DNA from: Gammaproteobacteria bacterium
GTDB taxonomy: Bacteria; Pseudomonadota; Gammaproteobacteria; Magnimaribacterales; TMED112
DNA: 64,000 bases
NCBI GenBank assembly: GCA_038133485.1
Contig: JAYPTH010000001.1
Location: forward strand, 33,474 to 97,473
Reading direction: 5' to 3'
Position 1 is the first letter of the stretch; each line of letters opens with the position of its first letter. Made by a program: the position numbers and the translations under genes. Shown in pieces: positions 10,332 to 18,981 of this stretch. The notes beneath the pieces were generated by a model, which saw nothing but the letters and a program-made list of their open reading frames with translations, did no database searches and was not told where the DNA came from.

Positions 10332-12989
10332 ATGATTTTTAGACCAGACATAATTTTAATTGATGGCTCTTCATATATATATAGAGCATTTCATGCATTA
10401 CCTCCATTAACAACAAGCAGTGGAAGGCCAACTGGAGCAACAAGAGGATTTGCTTCAATGATGAGAAAGTTAATTTCTACATATCCAAGCGTTCCAATGG
10501 TTATGGTTTTTGATGCGAAAGGAAAAACTTTTCGTGATGAATATTATGCTGATTACAAAGCCAATAGACCTCCAATGCCTAATGAGCTTAGATCACAAAT
10601 TGATGATATTAAAGAGCTAACTTCGTTATTTAAAATGCACATTGAGGAGAAACCAGGAGTTGAGGCTGATGATGTAATTGCAACATTAGCAAAAAAATTT
10701 GGACAGGACAAAAAGGTTCTAATCTCATCGCCAGACAAAGATTTAACACAACTTGTAACCCAAAATGTCATTCAACATAATTCAATGAGCGATGAGTTTT
10801 TTAATGTAGACAAGGTATTGGAAAAATTTGGTGTTGCACCAAGCAAAATAAGAGAGCTTCTTGCTTTAGTTGGAGATAAAGCAGACAACATTCCTGGTAT
10901 TACAAAAGTTGGCCAAAAAACCGCTGCGAAATGGTTGAATCAGTTTGGTTCTATAGATTCATTATTAGCAAGCAAAGATATGATTACCGGAGTTGTTGGC
11001 GATAATCTAAGATCAGAATATCAATGTCTAAAAAGAAATTTATTTTTAGTATCACTTAAAGAAGATTTAGATATTAATCTTTCGATTAACAAACTGCCAT
11101 CTCCTGAAGAAAACAATAATCATCTAATTACTTTTTACAAAGGATTAGAGTTCAATTCATTTATTGAATCCTCAGCGCCTGCAAGTAATTCAATTTCTTA
11201 TACCACCGTTGATTCAAGAGACAAGTTAATGAAGCTTCAGAATGAGATAGAAAATGCTAAATACTTTGCCTTTGACACTGAAACAAGCTCTTTAAAATTA
11301 AATGAACAAAATCTAGTCGGCATTTCTTTTTCAACTCAACCAGGAAATGGAAAATATATTCCAATTAACCACAACGAAAAGACTCAACTTAAGGAATCAG
11401 AAGTTATTCCATGGCTAAAAAAATTATTGGGGGAAAATGAAGAAAAGATCATTGGACATAACCTTAAATTTGATTATGCAGTGTTGCAAAACTACGGCAT
11501 TGAGCTCTCATCTTTCTTGGCAGACACAATTCTTATGTCTTATGTGCTTAATAGTACAGCCTCAAGGCACAACCTAGATGCTCTGGCTGAGTATTATTTA
11601 TCTCGCAAAACAATTAAATATGAAGATGTGATAGGCAAAGGAAAAAATAAACTCAAAAATTTTTCTGAAGTATCCATAAAAGAGGCAACTAACTATGCTT
11701 GCGAGGATACAGATGTAACTTTATGTTTGTTTGAGCACTTGCTTGGTAAGCTTTCTGAGGAAAATAGAGAAATTCTAAAGAACATTGAAAATCCCCTTGT
11801 TTTTGTATTAATGCACATGGAAAAGAAAGGCACATTGATTGACCAACGACATTTAAATAAATTATCAAAAGATTTTGGCAGCAAATTAATAAAATTAGTT
11901 CAATCAATCCATAAAAAATGCGGAACTGTTTTTAACTTGGATTCACCAAAACAATTAAGCGAAGTTCTTTTTGATAAGTTAGGCATATCATCAAAAGGTC
12001 TTAAGAAAACTGCCTCAGGATATTTTTCTACTTCAGAAAATATTTTACAGCGCCTAGCTGAAGAAAATGAAGTTGTTAAAGAAATTCTTGAATATCGTTC
12101 ACTTGCAAAATTAAAAAGCACCTATACCGATAAAATTTCAGAAATCTGTGATCAAAATTCCAGAGTGCATACCTCTTATCATCAGGCAGTAACATCTACA
12201 GGGAGACTATCATCTTCAGATCCAAATCTTCAAAATATTCCAATTAGAACCAATGAAGGCATCACAATAAGAGAAGCTTTTATTGCCCCAGCAGGAAAAA
12301 AAGTTCTAGCAATTGATTATTCACAGATAGAGCTGCGTCTCATGGCTCATTATTCCCAAGATCCAACCATGCTTAAATCTTTTCACAATAATGAAGACAT
12401 TCACAAAAGAACAGCTGCTGAAATTTTTGGACTGTCTCTAGATGAAATTTCACCTGAGATGAGAAGACAAGCCAAAACAATAAATTTTGGATTGCTTTAT
12501 GGCATGAGTGCTTTTGGCTTGTCAAATCAGCTTAAAGTTTCACGCACAGAGGCAGAAATATTTCTAAATAGTTATTTTGAGAAATATTCTTCAGTAAAAG
12601 GTTTCATGGAGGATATAGTGGAACAAACGAAGAAGACAAAATTCGTTAAAACACTCTATGGCAGAAAGATTCATGTTCCAAATATTGATTCACCAAACTA
12701 TATGTTGAGACAAGGTGCTGAAAGAATAGCAATTAATGGACCCTTGCAAGGAAGTGCAGCAGATATAATCAAAATTGCAATGATAAAAATTAGTGACTAT
12801 ATTCAAGAGAAGAAGATCGATGTAGATCTTATAATGCAAGTTCATGATGAGTTAGTATTTGAAATACCGCAGAGCTTCACTGAAACCGACATTAATGACA
12901 TAGTTCAAATCATGGAAAGCAGCACCGAGATATCTGTTCCCCTAAAAGTTGATTTTGGTATGGGCGCTAACTGGAAAGAAGCACATTAA
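10332..12989 (+). CDS. polA: DNA polymerase I
   Basis: Has 5'-nuclease, 3'-5' exonuclease and polymerase domains. Motifs 'DYSQIELR' and 'QVHDELVFE' are present. Confidence 0.97.
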   Translation: MIFRPDIILIDGSSYIYRAFHALPPLTTSSGRPTGATRGFASMMRKLISTYPSVPMVMVFDAKGKTFRDEYYADYKANRPPMPNELRSQIDDIKELTSLFKMHIEEKPGVEADDVIATLAKKFGQDKKVLISSPDKDLTQLVTQNVIQHNSMSDEFFNVDKVLEKFGVAPSKIRELLALVGDKADNIPGITKVGQKTAAKWLNQFGSIDSLLASKDMITGVVGDNLRSEYQCLKRNLFLVSLKEDLDINLSINKLPSPEENNNHLITFYKGLEFNSFIESSAPASNSISYTTVDSRDKLMKLQNEIENAKYFAFDTETSSLKLNEQNLVGISFSTQPGNGKYIPINHNEKTQLKESEVIPWLKKLLGENEEKIIGHNLKFDYAVLQNYGIELSSFLADTILMSYVLNSTASRHNLDALAEYYLSRKTIKYEDVIGKGKNKLKNFSEVSIKEATNYACEDTDVTLCLFEHLLGKLSEENREILKNIENPLVFVLMHMEKKGTLIDQRHLNKLSKDFGSKLIKLVQSIHKKCGTVFNLDSPKQLSEVLFDKLGISSKGLKKTASGYFSTSENILQRLAEENEVVKEILEYRSLAKLKSTYTDKISEICDQNSRVHTSYHQAVTSTGRLSSSDPNLQNIPIRTNEGITIREAFIAPAGKKVLAIDYSQIELRLMAHYSQDPTMLKSFHNNEDIHKRTAAEIFGLSLDEISPEMRRQAKTINFGLLYGMSAFGLSNQLKVSRTEAEIFLNSYFEKYSSVKGFMEDIVEQTKKTKFVKTLYGRKIHVPNIDSPNYMLRQGAERIAINGPLQGSAADIIKIAMIKISDYIQEKKIDVDLIMQVHDELVFEIPQSFTETDINDIVQIMESSTEISVPLKVDFGMGANWKEAH

Positions 12990-13542
12990 TCTGCTCTATT
13001 AATGAGTTTATTTGTTTAGGATCCTTTATAGAAAATAAACTTACATTTGGAAACTTTTCTTTAACCTCATTAAGCTTGGCATTAGCAGCTGACTCACTAA
13101 GTTTGTCAGTTTTTGTTAGAACAATTAAATAATTTAACTTTAGCCTTTTCAGCATCTGAATCATCTGCAGATCTGAATCTCTTATTGGATTTCTAATATC
13201 AGTAAATAGCACTACGCATACTAGATTGGCCCTTTTTTCAAAGTACTTAGGCAGTTCTCGAGCCCATTCTGCTTGTTGCTTCTTTGAGGTTTTGGAATAA
13301 CCATACCCTGGAAAATCAACAATATAGTTCTCAAGAGATCTGAAGAAATTAAAAAGTTTTGTTTTGCCAGGAGTCTTGCTAGTCTTAGCAATTTTTTTAT
13401 TTGTGCTTATGGCATTGATTGCTGATGACTTTCCTGCATTGGAAGCACCCACAAATGCAATTTCTTTTCCATTATGATTATGTAGTTGTTCATATAATGC
13501 ATAACTTATTTCAAAAGTTAAGTTTAGGAACTTTATATCCAT
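12967..13542 (-). CDS. engB: Ribosome biogenesis GTPase EngB/YihA
   Basis: Contains the 'GASNAGKSSAINA' G1 motif and 'TKTDK' G4 motif. Its 3' end overlaps the polA 3' end by 23 nt. Confidence 0.9.
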   Translation of the reverse strand: MDIKFLNLTFEISYALYEQLHNHNGKEIAFVGASNAGKSSAINAISTNKKIAKTSKTPGKTKLFNFFRSLENYIVDFPGYGYSKTSKKQQAEWARELPKYFEKRANLVCVVLFTDIRNPIRDSDLQMIQMLKRLKLNYLIVLTKTDKLSESAANAKLNEVKEKFPNVSLFSIKDPKQINSLIEQINVLLSS

Positions 13543-13587
13543 GTTATTACTAAATTTAATTCCAAGTTGTTATATAATCATTTTCGC

Positions 13588-14208
13588 ATGATTAGGATAT
13601 TTCTTTTACTTATTTCTTTTGTATTAGTAGGAGCTGAAAAAACATCTTCTGTTAATTTTAAAAAAGGTGATGCAAGTGCCGGAGAGCAAAAAGTTGCTGT
13701 TTGTGCAGCATGTCACGGCTCTGACGGCAATTCACAAGTTGGCAATTGGCCAAAAATAGCTGGGCAAAATGAGCGCTACCTATTTGAGCAACTTAAACTT
13801 ATAAAATCTGAAGAAAGATATATTGATGTGATGAAGGGCCTGCTTGATACTTATAGCGAAGAGGATTTAAGAGATGTTGCTGCATTTTATGCAAAAAATG
13901 TTACTACTCTAGGTCAATCTGTTGATGATTCCTTAGTATTAGGTAAGCTGCTTTATAAAGTTGGTGACTATTCCAGGGGTGTGCCATCATGTCAGGCATG
14001 TCACATGGCAAATGGATCAGGAAATTCCCTAGCAGGCTATCCTGCTGTAAGTGGTCAGCACAAAGAATACTTAGTAAGCACTTTATTAGCATATAAAAAT
14101 GGTGACAGAGCAAGCGGTGTAAATGCTTACATCATGAATGAAATTTCTCAAAGGCTTAGCGATGAAGATATTGAAGCTTTAGCCAATTACATTACAGGCT
14201 TGTATTAA
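13588..14208 (+). CDS. cc4: Diheme cytochrome c4
   Basis: Has two CxxCH sites ('CAACHG', 'CQACHM') and a signal peptide starting at 'MIRIFLLL'. The track's TTG at 13567 is less likely. Confidence 0.85.
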   Translation: MIRIFLLLISFVLVGAEKTSSVNFKKGDASAGEQKVAVCAACHGSDGNSQVGNWPKIAGQNERYLFEQLKLIKSEERYIDVMKGLLDTYSEEDLRDVAAFYAKNVTTLGQSVDDSLVLGKLLYKVGDYSRGVPSCQACHMANGSGNSLAGYPAVSGQHKEYLVSTLLAYKNGDRASGVNAYIMNEISQRLSDEDIEALANYITGLY

Positions 14209-14783
14209 TGGTTCGACTCTTATTTATTTTATTTTTTTCTACAGTTATTTTTTCTGAGCCAAAAGAAGGCATTGATTATGTAGTAATTCCAGAAGGCTTA
14301 GTAAAAGATGATGGTGTTACAGAAGTTTTTTGGTATGGGTGTCCAGCTTGTTTTGCCTACGAAGAAACTCTAAATGAAATTAGAGAACGAAAACCAGGAG
14401 TAAGTATTAATTTGATACCATTATGGGATGAGCCAACAGCTAAAACATATTACACAATTAAATCATTAGGTTTAGAGGATGTGGCTCACCGAAAAGTTTT
14501 TGAAGATTGGCAACTTCAAAGGAAGACATTTAGAAACGAAAAAGATATTAGAGCATTTGCCAAAAGGCATGGTTATGATGAGGAGCTTTTTGCAAAGACA
14601 TTTAATTCTTTTGGAGTTCAGGTTAAAGCGAGGAATGCTATTAACACACCAAGAAAATTTGTAAATTCAGGAGTAGAATTTTCTGGAACGCCTACAACTA
14701 TTGTAAATAAGATTTACCTTGTAAACAGACAAAGAGACAGATCAAAAGAAATTGAAACAATCCTATTTCTTTTGGATAAATAA
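14208..14783 (+). CDS. dsbA: Thiol:disulfide interchange protein DsbA
   Basis: Contains the 'WYGCPACF' CPxC active site and a signal peptide. The cc4-dsbA order matches Pseudomonas. Confidence 0.8.
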   Translation: MVRLLFILFFSTVIFSEPKEGIDYVVIPEGLVKDDGVTEVFWYGCPACFAYEETLNEIRERKPGVSINLIPLWDEPTAKTYYTIKSLGLEDVAHRKVFEDWQLQRKTFRNEKDIRAFAKRHGYDEELFAKTFNSFGVQVKARNAINTPRKFVNSGVEFSGTPTTIVNKIYLVNRQRDRSKEIETILFLLDK

Positions 14784-14818
14784 CTTGAAAAAAATTTTTT
14801 AGAAACAATTTATAGATT

Positions 14819-15262
14819 ATGAAAAATATATTTACTCTTTTAATTCTCTCTTTTTTTACCCAAGAACTAATTTCTGATTCTTATGAGGATGAAGTTAGAG
14901 AAAGATTAGGTCTTAAAGGTAAAATTTGTAAGCAAGATGAAAGTTGTGGAACAAAGTCAATGCCAGGAGTAGGAGTAAAAAATAATTCAACAGAACTAGC
15001 TGTAGTTGCATCTGGTAGAGATGGAAAAACCGTATATGATATTGGGTGTGCAGCATGCCATAATGCAGGTTTAGCCGGAGCGCCCCTCTTTGCTGATCAA
15101 TCCCAATGGGAGATTAGGCTTTCAAAAGGATTGGAAACATTAACAGATAATGCCTACAACGGATACAACGCAATGCCTGCAAAAGGTTTATGTATGGATT
15201 GCTCAAGAGAAGAAATTGAGAAGTCTGTTCAGTATATGCTTGATGCTTTAACAGTTAATTAA
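14819..15262 (+). CDS. Cytochrome c5 family monoheme cytochrome
   Basis: Contains the 'CAACHN' heme site, an 'MPAKGLCMDC' disulfide pair and a signal peptide. Confidence 0.75.
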   Translation: MKNIFTLLILSFFTQELISDSYEDEVRERLGLKGKICKQDESCGTKSMPGVGVKNNSTELAVVASGRDGKTVYDIGCAACHNAGLAGAPLFADQSQWEIRLSKGLETLTDNAYNGYNAMPAKGLCMDCSREEIEKSVQYMLDALTVN

Positions 15263-15429
15263 CCGCCAAGATCTGAAACCTTTTTCTCTAATGCTTCTAT
15301 TCTATTAAGTGCTTTATCTAATTCTTCTTTTTTAACAAATCCAGATTCAAGCATAAACTTTTCCAAGGCAGGCTTAACCATTTTCTCCATGCCTTTTAAG
15401 TCTTTATTCATTGCGAAGGGATTAAACAT
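15259..15429 (-). CDS. ubiK: UbiK/YqiC (BMFP)-like ubiquinone biosynthesis accessory factor, 56 aa
   Basis: My own translation is MFNPFAMNKDLKGMEKMVKPALEKFMLESGFVKKEELDKALNRIEALEKKVSDLGG. 'GFVKKEELD' followed by a heptad coiled coil resembles E. coli UbiK 'LDLVSREEFD...LEQRISELE'. Its start forms an ATGTTTAA overlap with the upstream HAD gene stop. It is below the track cut-off. Confidence 0.55.
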   Translation of the reverse strand: MFNPFAMNKDLKGMEKMVKPALEKFMLESGFVKKEELDKALNRIEALEKKVSDLGG

Positions 15430-16150
15430 CTACTTTCTCCAAGATAAAATTTTTATTTATTGCTAGGTAAACCTCTTTCCAAGTTTTAGCTTGCAATTCA
15501 CATGGGACTATTTCATCCCATTTCCGCTTATCACAATTAAACCATAAAGTATTGAAATTACAATTTCTTGCTCCCCCAATGTCATTGATAGGGCAGTCAC
15601 CTATGTGCAGTGCTTCTTTTGGCTGACATTTTCCAATCTCAAGGGCTTTGTTGAAATGGCCGGCTGAGGGTTTGTTGCTTTGCACATCCTTTGAAGATAC
15701 TTGATCAACAAAGAAATTATTAATTCCAATTAAGCTCAAGTCAGCATTTCCATTTGATAATGAAACAATATTCACTTTACGAGACAATCTTTCTAGCATT
15801 ATTTTTGCATCTCTATAAAGTTGCACTTTATTTCTTACTTTAAAAAATTCATTAAAGGCTGCATTGCTGTAGTAAGTAGCTGAACTCTCTTCTGCACCAT
15901 GATTAAGTAATAGTGTTTTAATAATTGCTTTTCTAAATCTGGTGAGATCAAACTTCAAACTAGGATCTTTTTTTACTAATGCAGTCCTAATGTCACTGAT
16001 TAATGCATCTGTAAAATATTTCTTTAGGTCTGGAAATTTCGACAAGATAAATTTCCACATAGCATTTTCTGCTGCCACAATGACTTTAGTATTTGGCCAC
16101 AAAGTGTCATCTAGATCTAAAGTGATTAATTTAATTTTAGTTCTTGGCAT
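15422..16150 (-). CDS. HAD-superfamily hydrolase (YigB-like by synteny downstream of xerC)
   Basis: Contains the 'ITLDLDDTLW' motif I and the 'GDCPINDIGGA' motif IV. The E. coli order dapF-yigA-xerC-yigB supports it. I prefer the ATG at 16150. Confidence 0.7.
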   Translation of the reverse strand: MPRTKIKLITLDLDDTLWPNTKVIVAAENAMWKFILSKFPDLKKYFTDALISDIRTALVKKDPSLKFDLTRFRKAIIKTLLLNHGAEESSATYYSNAAFNEFFKVRNKVQLYRDAKIMLERLSRKVNIVSLSNGNADLSLIGINNFFVDQVSSKDVQSNKPSAGHFNKALEIGKCQPKEALHIGDCPINDIGGARNCNFNTLWFNCDKRKWDEIVPCELQAKTWKEVYLAINKNFILEKVDV

Positions 16151-17006
16151 GAGGATGAGCTTTATCATAAATCTTCACTAGCTGTTGAAAATTTAGTTTT
16201 GTATAAATCTGAGTTGTGCTTAAACTGCTATGACCTAACATTTCTTGAATTGATCTTAAATCTCCTGAGGACTCCAGCATGTGAGTAGCAAAGCTATGTC
16301 TTAACATATGAGGATGGACAGGCGCCATCCCCAAAGATAAGGATATTTTCCAAAGTCTTTGTTGCATCGCTCGTACAGAAATTCTTTTTCCATATTTGTT
16401 AGTAAACAGTGCATCGACATCAGATACGTTGGTTCTAATATCAAGCCAAGAGGCGATAGCTTTTTTGGCAAATTGACCAACAGGAACTAGCCTCTCTTTG
16501 TTGCCCTTACCTAAGACCCTTAGGAAAGAAAAATCTTGTTCAAATGATGAAATATTTGTATTTACAGCTTCAGACACCCTTAGACCACATGAATAAAGAA
16601 GTTCTAGAAAAGCCTTGTCTCTAAAATCGTAATCTGATTTTGGTTGAAATGACAACAACCTGTCTACATCTTCAAGTGAAAGGGTTTTTGGGAGAGTGTC
16701 ATCTATTTTGGGAGCTCGAACAGTTTCAAATGGGTTGCTATCAATCTTTTTGGTTCTCTGCATATACTTAAAAAAATTTCTTGCAGAAGAAATGTTTCGA
16801 TGGATTGAACGGTTGCCAAGCCCCATTCTTCTCAACTCAATCAACCATTTTGAAGTAGTTTGTTTGGTTATGTCATCTAGATTCAGGCCTTCATCCTTTA
16901 AGAACATAAGTAGTCTTGAAATATCTCTTTCATAGTTTGAAATAGTGTGATGGGAATAATTTTTTATCTTAAGAAAATTTTTTAAATCTTCAGTTAAGTT
17001 ATTCAT
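16137..17006 (-). CDS. xerC: Tyrosine recombinase XerC (chromosome dimer resolution)
   Basis: Contains 'HMLRHSFATH' and 'LGHSSLSTTQIYT' with the catalytic Tyr. It lies directly downstream of dapF. Confidence 0.9.
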   Translation of the reverse strand: MNNLTEDLKNFLKIKNYSHHTISNYERDISRLLMFLKDEGLNLDDITKQTTSKWLIELRRMGLGNRSIHRNISSARNFFKYMQRTKKIDSNPFETVRAPKIDDTLPKTLSLEDVDRLLSFQPKSDYDFRDKAFLELLYSCGLRVSEAVNTNISSFEQDFSFLRVLGKGNKERLVPVGQFAKKAIASWLDIRTNVSDVDALFTNKYGKRISVRAMQQRLWKISLSLGMAPVHPHMLRHSFATHMLESSGDLRSIQEMLGHSSLSTTQIYTKLNFQQLVKIYDKAHPHAKN

Positions 17007-17715
17007 CTATCAATCCTTGATGTTCTAATTCATATGGGGCTATGGAGGTTATTATATTATCTTCTAATTTGATTTTAGTTTTGCCGCCATAAGAAGAAAA
17101 TTTTGCAGATATAAAATCATGGATTTTATTGATGGCGGCAAATGTTGCAACTGTTCCTGAGCCACATGATTTAGTCTCTCCTGCACCATGTTCATAAGTG
17201 CGAATATGAACAACACCATCTATAATTTCATACAAGTTAAAATTGAAATCCGATGGAATTTCCTTAATGGTTAAAAACTCTTCATAGATTTCTTTTAGGT
17301 TGATCTTATGAATATCCTTTGCCTCCATTACAACATGATTATTACCAACATCAACTAATGCAAATTTTTCATAAATCTCCACATCAGGCATGAAAGTTTG
17401 AATGTATGCTTCTTTCAACATAATGCCGACACTGATAGTGCCACCAATTGTTGATATGTTTTGATTTTTTAATTGGTATAGTCCTGCTATACATCTAAGT
17501 CCATTAAAGCAAGTTTTAGCACTTGATCCATCGGAATTAAAAATTCTTGCTGTTGCAGGATCCAATTTTTTGTTAAATAAAAGAAGCTGATCAAAACCAA
17601 TGCCATCAACTCTGCTGCTTAACTTCTTAATATCACAGCTCAAGATTTTCTCGTCTTCGGTAATTAAAAAGTCATTACCATTTGAGTTCATCTTATGGTA
17701 CTTAATTGTCATCAA
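16999..17715 (-). CDS. dapF: Diaminopimelate epimerase
   Basis: Contains 'NGNDFLI' and the second catalytic Cys motif 'SCGSGT'. At 238 aa it is short. Confidence 0.9.
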   Translation of the reverse strand: MMTIKYHKMNSNGNDFLITEDEKILSCDIKKLSSRVDGIGFDQLLLFNKKLDPATARIFNSDGSSAKTCFNGLRCIAGLYQLKNQNISTIGGTISVGIMLKEAYIQTFMPDVEIYEKFALVDVGNNHVVMEAKDIHKINLKEIYEEFLTIKEIPSDFNFNLYEIIDGVVHIRTYEHGAGETKSCGSGTVATFAAINKIHDFISAKFSSYGGKTKIKLEDNIITSIAPYELEHQGLIDE

Positions 17716-18931
17716 ATATCTCTAGGGCTAGATTCTCTTTATTGTTTTCTCTTTGTCTGATTAGTTTAGCTGAATCATCTTGCACCAAAACCTCACATGC
17801 TCTAGGTCTGCTATTGTAGTTTGAACTCATACTGAAACCGTAAGCCCCCACATCAGTGATGGCAAGAATATCGTCCTCATGAACATCATACATATAATCT
17901 TTTGTAAAAATATCTGCTGATTCACATATTGGCCCAACCACCATTGAAGGGGTTTTTGATTTAGGTCTTAGGCTTAGATTGATGATTGGATGTTTGCCTT
18001 GATAGAGGGGCACTCTAATCATATCATTCATGCCAGCATCAACTACGATTATGTTATTTTCAAGCTTTTTAAGATAAAGGGCTTTAGTAAGCAAAACACC
18101 AGCTTTGGCAATAATAGATTTTCCAGGTTCAACGATGATATTTATATTTGAAGGGAGCTCTTTTTTTATTTTACTTATAAAGCTATTAATTGTTTCTTCA
18201 TCAGTATATGGAGATAAGCCACCACCAACATCTAAAAAACTTAATCCAAAATTTTTGTCCACACCATTATAGGTTTCAATGGCTTTAGTTAATGCGATTT
18301 GAAATTCTGTAAAATTCTTTATGCCAGAACCAATATGAAAAGCTATACCCTTTAAGATGATGTGTTTTTGTTTTTTAATAATTTCTAAGCAAGAATCAAG
18401 TTCATCAAAAGATATACCAAATTTGTTGTACAGCGCACCTGTTTCAAGATATGGGTGTGTTTCAAGGGTAGTTTCAGGGTTTATTCTTAAGGCAATTTCT
18501 TGAGATAAGTTATTTCGTTGTGCGATATTTATTACCCTTTGTAATTCTGATTTTGATTCGATATTAATGCTTTTAATTTGAGTTTTTAATGCGTAGTAAA
18601 TCTCATCATCTGATTTACCCACTCCAGAAAAAACAACTTTTTTTGGATTGCCGCCAGCCAAAATTACTCTTTCTAGTTCGCCACCAGAGACAACATCAAA
18701 ACCACCACCCAGTTCAGCAATAATTCTTAATATTGAAAGATTGCTGTTAGCTTTAACGGCAAAGCACATAAGATCTTGCTTAGTGAGAGAAGACATATAT
18801 TCCTTAACAGTTTTACAGATATAGCTTTTCGAATATACATAACAAGGAGTCCCATATTTCTCTGCAATATCTTTAAGAAGAACCTTTTCAAGGTAAAGTT
18901 GATTTTTTTTATGTGTTAATTCAGTAATCAT
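17702..18931 (-). CDS. lysA: Diaminopimelate decarboxylase
   Basis: Contains the 'FAVKANSN' PLP-lysine motif and 'EPGKSI'. The lysA-dapF order supports the call. Confidence 0.92.
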   Translation of the reverse strand: MITELTHKKNQLYLEKVLLKDIAEKYGTPCYVYSKSYICKTVKEYMSSLTKQDLMCFAVKANSNLSILRIIAELGGGFDVVSGGELERVILAGGNPKKVVFSGVGKSDDEIYYALKTQIKSINIESKSELQRVINIAQRNNLSQEIALRINPETTLETHPYLETGALYNKFGISFDELDSCLEIIKKQKHIILKGIAFHIGSGIKNFTEFQIALTKAIETYNGVDKNFGLSFLDVGGGLSPYTDEETINSFISKIKKELPSNINIIVEPGKSIIAKAGVLLTKALYLKKLENNIIVVDAGMNDMIRVPLYQGKHPIINLSLRPKSKTPSMVVGPICESADIFTKDYMYDVHEDDILAITDVGAYGFSMSSNYNSRPRACEVLVQDDSAKLIRQRENNKENLALEIFDDN

Positions 18932-18981
18932 GCTTCTTATTAAAATCTTAATTATTATAATTGTGGAAAGGATAACCTACG

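Noticed and set aside
13567-13587. The track's TTG start for cytochrome c4 (and similarly 4118 for cyoE, 2621 for the cox hypothetical, 16168 for the HAD gene, and 49150 for DUF192).
   Set aside because: Downstream ATG codons give canonical signal peptides or N-termini and tighter overlap junctions. The upstream extensions add residues not expected for the families.
14784-14818. The AAAAAAATTTTTT palindrome between dsbA and cytochrome c5 as a terminator or operator.
   Set aside because: It is a pure A/T run with no stable stem. Such a run is expected by chance in AT-rich intergenic DNA.
16137-17006. The tyrosine recombinase as the integrase of a mobile element.
   Set aside because: It sits in the housekeeping dapF-xerC-HAD arrangement and has the XerC C-terminal motifs. 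There are no flanking repeats, tRNA or cargo genes.
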